A DNA stretch of 64,000 nt from the NCBI GenBank assembly GCA_964035545.1, contig OZ037765.1, positions 23,125,504-23,189,503 of the forward strand, in the 5' to 3' direction. Below the pieces are notes generated by a model. The model was not told the origin of the DNA and searched no databases. It worked only from the letters and a program-made list of their open reading frames with translations. Numbering within the stretch: position 1 is the stretch's first letter; each line of letters opens with the position of its first letter. The position numbers and the translations under genes are program-made. Source of the DNA: Bugula neritina (taxonomy: Eukaryota; Animalia; Bryozoa). Below are positions 56,401-64,000 of this stretch, in pieces.

Positions 56401-59400
56401 TATGAGTACCTGAGACCAAGCTGATTGGCCAACTCGTCCAGAGTAGCATTGAGTCGATGTTGGAGCTCCTTCAGAATATCTGCTGCATCAGGATCAAGGT
56501 CATCTCCGCCCATAGCCCTGTATACCTTGTCTAGCTGAATACGCAGCTGCTGTATGTTATTTAGTAGAATACAGCTGACAGGAAGCACCTCCATATGCTT
56601 TGGGAACTCGGCTATGACCAGATGCGAGTATGCAATGAGCACCTTGTCCACAGTCTGCATTATAAATATGACTCATACACTGCATTAATAGCAACAAACT
56701 TTCTAACTCTTACTTCGAAAGACCCCAACATATTCGTGCTAGAGAAGTTACAAGTTGCAATAAAAAGTTATTTATGGAAATTAAACATGTCTTATGTTCA
56801 GGGAAAAGTCATGGTTCAGCGGTCAGATGCACCATACAGCTTAACACAAGCTGTTTCATACTGACCTTTGCTGATGTCAAAAAATATATACCTGCTCCGG
56901 TACCACATAAACACTCTCAAGGCACAGTTCGTAACGCACTGCCTAGCTATCTGAATTCTCACAAAAGCTATGATTTTAAACACATACAGTCATAAAGGTT
57001 TCGTGTCTGTAAAAGCAGTGTGTGATGTTAGTAATATTACTCCGAGAGTCTTAGTATGATACTTTAGATTCTAGACTAGTAATGAACAACAAATAAGGAC
57101 ATACCACCGCGAAACGTTTCATATATTTCCTGAGAATGATGGGGTCTGGACACTCCAGCTTCTTGATGACGTTGAGACACTGATTGATGGTAGCGAAGAC
57201 ATCAGTGACTGAGAATGAGAACTGAGTGTGCTCAGACACTTTCTTAAACTGCAAGAATTCATATCAATAACTTATCCGAATAAATGTGAATGCATTGCGC
57301 CTAAAATGGCAATACAAGTGGTGCACATCATTAATAAGATTGCATACAATATACATTTCTATATCTGTGCTCAATACTTTAGGTAAGTGCTTATAGGACA
57401 CCAGGCTATTAGCTTTCCGTATGTTCATAAATACTCACTCCATCTGCCTTGTCTTTATTGAAAGCACTGTTAAGGAACTCCAAGCAGACGCTATCATTCT
57501 CATTCAACCACTGCATTACAAATGGCTCAAACCACCTACAACACACCAAGTGACAAAACCATGATTTAGTAATAACAAGAGTTGAATAAAACTAAAAAAA
57601 CATATAAAATGAAACTATAATTTTTGACATTGATTAATATAAGAGCTGAAAATAGGATTGAAAGCAACAAATTTATAAGACAATATTTTCTATATCAAGT
57701 GTAAATTTATTTTACAGAAAATAGGCAACACAACCCAGAACATTACTTGACCGTCATGTTATATAATGCATTTTTAACCAAATTACTTGGGGTACTCGGG
57801 AACAATGTTATTCTTGTCGGCTATGGCTTGGAGGTAGTTGGTGTAGAAGCCTTTCACCTTGAAGTGCATGCTCATATAATCGTTGCTCGAGAGAACTCTG
57901 TGCTCCAAATTCAAGTGTTCTAAAAACAAACAACAGAACTCACACAGAGACAACCTCAAGTTTTCAATTCAACAGTGACGGGTAGCAAAACATTGGAAAG
58001 CATGCAATTTCATATTAATACCATGAAGCATAAATTTGGCATGATTTTAATGGAGTATATGTCGTGGAATCATACCAAGCAATGCACTCGAGAAATCTTC
58101 ACAGAACGTCTCCCACAGGCACTCAGCACTGAGCTCTCCTACATCCAACTCATTGTTGAACCTGTATTTAAATACATTAGAATACGGGTCATTGTAAAGC
58201 AGGGCTTCAGAACGTGGCAAAGAAAAAGAAAAGTAAAAATCAGCCTTATAATATGATAGAGAGAAAACAGAGTATTTACTGAGTTATAACTGTGGAATAA
58301 CTCGTCTTGTCCTCCTCAATCACAGACGCCATAAGCACAATCAACTTGTTCCAGAAATCAAGGTTAGTGGTAGATGGGCCATCGTCAGGCTACAATGAAA
58401 TAACCAGTGAATAATTATATATAACATATACAAATTTTGCTCCACTGGGATTCAAACCCAAGACCTCCGGCTTGCAAGCAGGTGCGCTAACCATTACACG
58501 ACGGGGACCACTGGGTAAACTCAGCACTACATAACATTGTGGCGATTTTAACTCAAAATGGCTGTATGAATACTAAATAAGACAAAAGCAGATAGTTTGA
58601 CCAGCCAACTCAACTAACCGGCTTGTTGGGGTCAGCATTAGAGTCCAAGTCATACTCTCTGTCAAACAATTCTGAGCAATTCTCATAAAGGAAAGTGTAA
58701 GTAGAGTCCATACAGGCTCGTATGCATTTAGTGACCACATCACATGCCCTTTCAGGACTAGGAAGTTCTTGCACCTGTATCACAATACAAACTTAACATC
58801 ATGGAGTTGCATCATCTCCAGTAAAATGACACAGTCTACTTTAAAATCAAGTAAACGAAAATGTTGCATAATATAGACTAGAACTACAGCCAATAAACAT
58901 ACACTATATGACAGATAAGAACACATGAAATATTATAGTTCTTTTATTATGATATTATGAGCTGTATAAATTATCTTCTGTAGTAGATGGTATAGCGAAA
59001 CTCGATACGTATAACCATAAGATAGTGTGATATATAACCCTCAGTGCAAGATGGGAACACTACCAACAGGTTTTAGTAAGCAACAGATGTAAACAGTTTT
59101 AATAGAAGAGAGCAGGTATTGTTAGCGTGTTGTTAATAGTACCAGTTATACCCCAGGATGTAGTATATTAGCTAGATGACCAAGCAGAACAACTAACCTG
59201 CAGGTAGTGATGCTTCAGCTAGTAATGTAACCATAGCGTTCACATTGATGTATCAATTGATGAACAAAAATTTTAGTGTAATGTAACTTTACTTGAAAAT
59301 GCAACATTTGAAAAAAAAAACTTCTGCTTAGAATATCATACAAAATTGTCAAATTTGAGACTTGCTGTCCCATGAGAAGGATTTGTTTATAATGCTATCA

Positions 59401-62400
59401 AATGACCTACTCTTTTCAATATCTAAAACTTGCTGGTTTACAATCGTATATAAAATTACAATTTGTAAGTTTGTATTTTATTATAATTAAAGTATAATTA
59501 GTGTTAAGCAACTTTCAACCAAAATGGACTCTTAGATCATAATGGAGCAATAATATCAAAGTGATGGTACATGCTAAATTTAGAAACTATCTGTTTGGAA
59601 ATTATGAAAAAAGAGATGAATCTAGTATAGAAAGTGAGGGAACAAAGAAATAACTTGACATCAATTACACATTGCAGCTGCATTACCTTCATTCTGAAGA
59701 ATGTGATACTGGTTAGCAAGTCTATCGTACACTTTAGATCCTGTAACCGACTAGGATCATTTGCCGGGAAATATTTCTAAAAATAAAAATTACATATATT
59801 TAGTCAGTACCTGACGTAAGCATACGTACAGCATTTGTGGATAACACTTTATATTTTATACCATCATGCAGCTTGCACATATTTACTGATTTTTGGCTTA
59901 GTTAGTATATAAATACTTGCATATTGAAGCAAGTATTGTTAAACAATGAAGACAGCTACAATGTTGAAACTGGTTGGATAATTTAAATACCTTATTTCAT
60001 TGCGGTGCACACTAAATAACAAAAAGCTATTTTTGAAAATTAAACATTTACCAAGACACCCAACTATTAGCACTAATAAGTAACAAAGTGCTAAGACATG
60101 TGGAAGCAACTCTGAAAAATGAATCACACACAAGCAGAAATAATCACCACTTACCCTGTATTGAGCCAAATCTATTCTTAGATTATTGTGAAGTTGATCT
60201 AATAGTTTGATGAATTTCTCCCTCCCAAAGTTAGATGCGGCAAACCTGTCCCCGCATGATACTTGAGTAGTGGCCGCCGTATGTGCATAGAAAGCATTGA
60301 TGTTAGCTAGAAGTGTGCTCATTACAGAGGGTACTCCTGGGGAGAGATACTTGCTGGACAGGCATGAGAAGTGACTGAAAATACAAGAGTTGGAACATCA
60401 CACCATGGCTGGGCTATCACACAAACTTTAAGTCATTTTAACCACACAACTCGTAGATCTGTGAGTTGACTGATTAGTAGCTGATCATTGTGGGCCTGCA
60501 CTAGCTCCACTATCGGTGTATTATTGAGCCCCATTATTACCTCCTTTTGGTTGGCACACTATTTTATCTACTTTCTTATTAAACTTATTGATGAAATAAA
60601 TAAATAAACAAATAAACAATCAGATAAAAGCATTTTAGCGCAAAACGTCATCCTTTTCCACACATTAAAGAAGATCGTTGGATGCTTAGGTTACTCATCA
60701 GTTTATATCCTCAAAAATGACTACACTCAAGTACAACCTATTCACATGGTGCTGTGCAGACGGCCTGAAAGCATATAATATACAGAGGCAGCGGTGATGT
60801 AATAGTGACTTACGTCATCGCCTGGTAAATAGACTCGATACCGTATCTCATTGCAAACTCATCTACAATTTCCTGTGCAGGCTCATCAAAGTATACTTTC
60901 CATTCTTCATCCTGATATACATTAAACACAAGAAACATTCAATATTTACTCTAAGAAAAGACTTATGAATCAAGAGCATAATTTGTGGATTAAAATTAAC
61001 ACAGCTTTAGCGCATGGACAGGACCAGAGCAACTAAGAGAGTACCACATGCCTCTTGAGTTATAGAGATAGATAACAGAGAAAATTTAAATTGGCAAATA
61101 TCTCTCTTTCAAGTGTTATAAAAATAATATTGGAAACAATAAAATATCCAATATACCGGGTGTAATTTTCTGTATAAAAGAGTTGGTTTGTTTTATCATA
61201 TTTAGACTAAAGCAGAAAGAAGTGCATATTTTAGCTGAAACGATTAACAGGATTAACAAGGCTCATAGCACAATAGTACAGTGGCTAGTCGAAGAGCATG
61301 AGCCATGAAAATACTATGTTATTAAAGTGACTGAACAACAACCATGCCACATTATCCAAATGTGTTTTAGTCTATGATCCTAAAACACCCTATTTCATAA
61401 TATTTTGATAAAATAATGACAACGAGAATGGTAAAATTGGCACAAATTGTTGAAGTCAATAATTAATTCATAGATACAATTACAAGAAAATCTAAAAAGC
61501 AGATAAGAGTACCGGGAAAGGAGACAGTACAGCTGAAGCTAGTGAAAAAAGGAGGTAACTTTGAAAGTTTACTAATAATAAGAGCTACTGATTATTTCGT
61601 TGCCACAAGCTACTACAGTGGGCAAACATAGCAGAGGTAGAATAGCTATTTTGCTAACGCAGGTTAAAATTTATGTACGCGATTTCATGAGTATTATAAA
61701 TCATTCAATTAAATTTAAATGTCAAATAAAACATTCCAAATAGAGTCAGAATTTACAATTTTTGTAAGAAATTTAAAGAAAAGGGGAAAAAGTTTAAATA
61801 GAGTTTGGATAGTATATTTAGCTCAGCTGCATAACAAAATCTAAATATTTTATATTAAATTACATAACAACAACAAATTACGCAATTTTGGGCATCATAG
61901 TATGCAGCTAAACTAAATGCACACGTTACAACAATTTCCAAGTTATAAAGTGAATTTTACAAAATTTTAGATTAGCTGAACAACATTGTGCTGACTACAA
62001 GCAAAGTAGAACTACTTATGACATTACGCAATACCTACCCATGGGCAGATCAGTGCCTAGAGGAAAGTTATTACAGAAAAGCAAATAATAATTATCAATA
62101 CAAACAATATTTAGCAAATAGTTGATCTATTCATACTAAAAATTATTTTGAGCATGATAAACTTAAATGAAAGCAGTCAAGCTGATTGTTGAATATATGC
62201 TCCCATGATATTAACTATTGATGATATTCATAAAACAGCTTCTGGGCACTAAACGCTAGCAATATATATTCTATAAATTTATAACAAAGCTAAATGTAAG
62301 TTGGCATGACTAAATGTATAAAAGATAGAAATTTATTATATGAAAATAAAAAAAATACAATGTTACATTTTGCTAAACTCACCCCAGTTGCATCAGGCAG

Positions 62401-64000
62401 CTTTACATCATCCCCTGAACGTTGACATAAATGGTGGAAAATATTCTACAATATTACATTGCATTATTTTATACTAAACACCATTAAAACATCTAATAGA
62501 AACAGCAAGCATAATACATAATTAGCAAAACAAATTAGCAACAGTAACACACTGTCACAATATAGTACAGAATCTCACCTCATGCAGGGCAGTGTACTGC
62601 ACATGGTACGGGGCTACTTTCTCCTCCCCCTTGATGGCTACATTGATGTGTAGTCTAATAGCACCAGACACGGCTGACTTATCCGTTCTTTTCTCTAAAA
62701 GAGGTAGAAGTGTCACTGTGACAGAAAGGGCTGTTGGATTACACAGTTACGGAATGCAGGTACTAATTTAGGTGTTGTTGTTACATCAGTGATGGAACTA
62801 ATCAGATAGCGAGTGATCATGTTGATATTGTGTACGCCATACTAGATCCAGAAACTTAGACTTGAATCAACAGTCTATAGTTAAAAAAGATCGAGGGGAA
62901 TCAGGATAGCCAGGTTCTACATTATATATTGGAGGGGAGAGGGAATGTATTTCATAAAAGTATTTGGTAACGAGAGAATATATATATATATGTTATATTA
63001 TGGAATAGAAAAGCAGTACATTTAAAAGCTGACATGTAATTTGAAATATCATGTTTATCATGCCAGCCGAACTGTGCAATCACGTTGAAATAAACTGTGC
63101 ATTATACAAATATATTATGCATGAACCAAAAAACAATAATGATAAAAATATAAAGCCTTGTTAAATAATTAAAACAGCAAGGCAAGTTTAAAAAGTGTTA
63201 AAATATTTAAACGCCTATTGCCAAGAGACAGGAATTAGTAGAGCCAATAAAATTTTCTATTAACCTGAACTGCTGGAATAATATTAGAGCCTAAGTTATA
63301 ATAAACTGGATAAAATTGATTTAAAGTACGTTATTTGTAGATTAAACTAAATTGAAAAAATGTGTAATTAAAACAATTCCAATTGAGGAGTAATGTATTA
63401 AAATGTTATTCAATCAATGATAGACATGTAAGTTTCTGCTGCTAATTTTCTATGTCCACATGTAGTTAGCATATAAGCTACACAGCTAGTAGCCAAGTCG
63501 GGTGATAACAGTGCTGAAAACAGTTTTTGTTTCAAACACTGAAAATATTTATTGAAAAATAGAAATTATCTGAGACATGCGTATTTATAATTAATTTGAT
63601 AGGCTTATACGTGGACTACTATAGAGAATTTACAATATCTTATGGTTGAGGAGAATTGTTAGGGAATCATCAAGGTGGGAATTTTCTTGTGACAAAGCAA
63701 CTACATGAGGAATTTTCGACATAATGATTCTTTTGCTAAATTTGCAAATTATTGCAACAAAGATACATTCAGAATTTTGTTTTTATTTCATTTTGTAGCA
63801 CAACATAGGCCTGTTTTCTACATCTAAGAATATTCTCTTCAGGTTAGTACAAGAAGCTACAGCCATGCCTATGATATTTTGGATTTAGCTGTAAAAACAT
63901 CTATTTGGAAATTATTCAGCATTTGGCAGGAATTGATAAGTTTACTAGAAATAGGTTGGTTTGTAAGCTAATGTAAAGTAATGGATACAACAGAGGCATA
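50429..64000 (-). CDS. unc-13: Protein unc-13 homolog (Munc13), 3' portion: end of C2B, MUN domain, C2C; 5' end beyond window
   Basis: Most upstream exon seen is 62579-62694 ([33 protein letters not shown]). Then [30 protein letters not shown]|[53 protein letters not shown]; [20 protein letters not shown]; [16 protein letters not shown]; [25 protein letters not shown]; [19 protein letters not shown]; [14 protein letters not shown]; [27 protein letters not shown] (stop 50429-50431). Confidence 0.96.
54076..54089. promoter_or_regulatory. candidate RFX X-box in an unc-13 intron
   Basis: GTTGCCAAGGCAAC, one mismatch from the palindromic consensus GTTGCCATGGCAAC. Confidence 0.4.
55620..55776 (-). 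mobile_element. tRNA-derived SINE
   Basis: Minus strand GAATGCTGTGGTCTAGGGGTTAAAGC..GTCATGGGTTCGAACCCCAGTAAAGGCCATTGGTGATGTTAGGAGG: A box TGGTCTAGGGG and B box GGTTCGAACCC without a closable acceptor stem. The body is shared with the copy at 1071-1235. Confidence 0.7.
58438..58509 (-). pseudogene. tRNA-like pseudogene or SINE head (TGC in loop) in an unc-13 intron
   Basis: GGTCCCCGTCGTGTAATGGTTAGCGCACCTGCTTGCAAGCCGGAGGTCTTGGGTTTGAATCCCAGTGGAGCA: D and T arms fold, but the acceptor stem is broken, the anticodon stem is mismatched with a 6-nt loop, and the T-loop reads TTTGA. Confidence 0.6.

Overview
AT-rich, intron-dense eukaryotic (invertebrate animal) genomic DNA; no prokaryotic features. 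Spliced genes I can reconstruct, in order: KICS2/C12orf66 (-, runs off the left edge), TMEM17 (-), WDR70 (-, intronic tRNA-Met), IQANK1 (+), a tandem short IQANK1 paralog lacking the IQ/ankyrin/coiled-coil exons (+), XPC (+, intronic tRNA-Trp), COPS2/CSN2 (-), and the 3' two-thirds of unc-13/Munc13 (-, runs off the right edge). An ~11 kb stretch with no recognisable coding gene (39.5-50.4 kb) holds MITEs, hairpins and a candidate spliced non-coding transcript. Most notable points: (1) 3/6-bp-phased degenerate ANT/ATN/TTAnnn tracts that sit near the inferred 5' ends of most genes; (2) a stand-alone basic-tail plus dynein-AAA5-like protein derived from IQANK1 by in-frame exon-block loss; (3) a U12-type minor intron in KICS2. 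Gene names rest on recalled protein similarity and exon boundaries were read by eye, so they may be off by a few bases.
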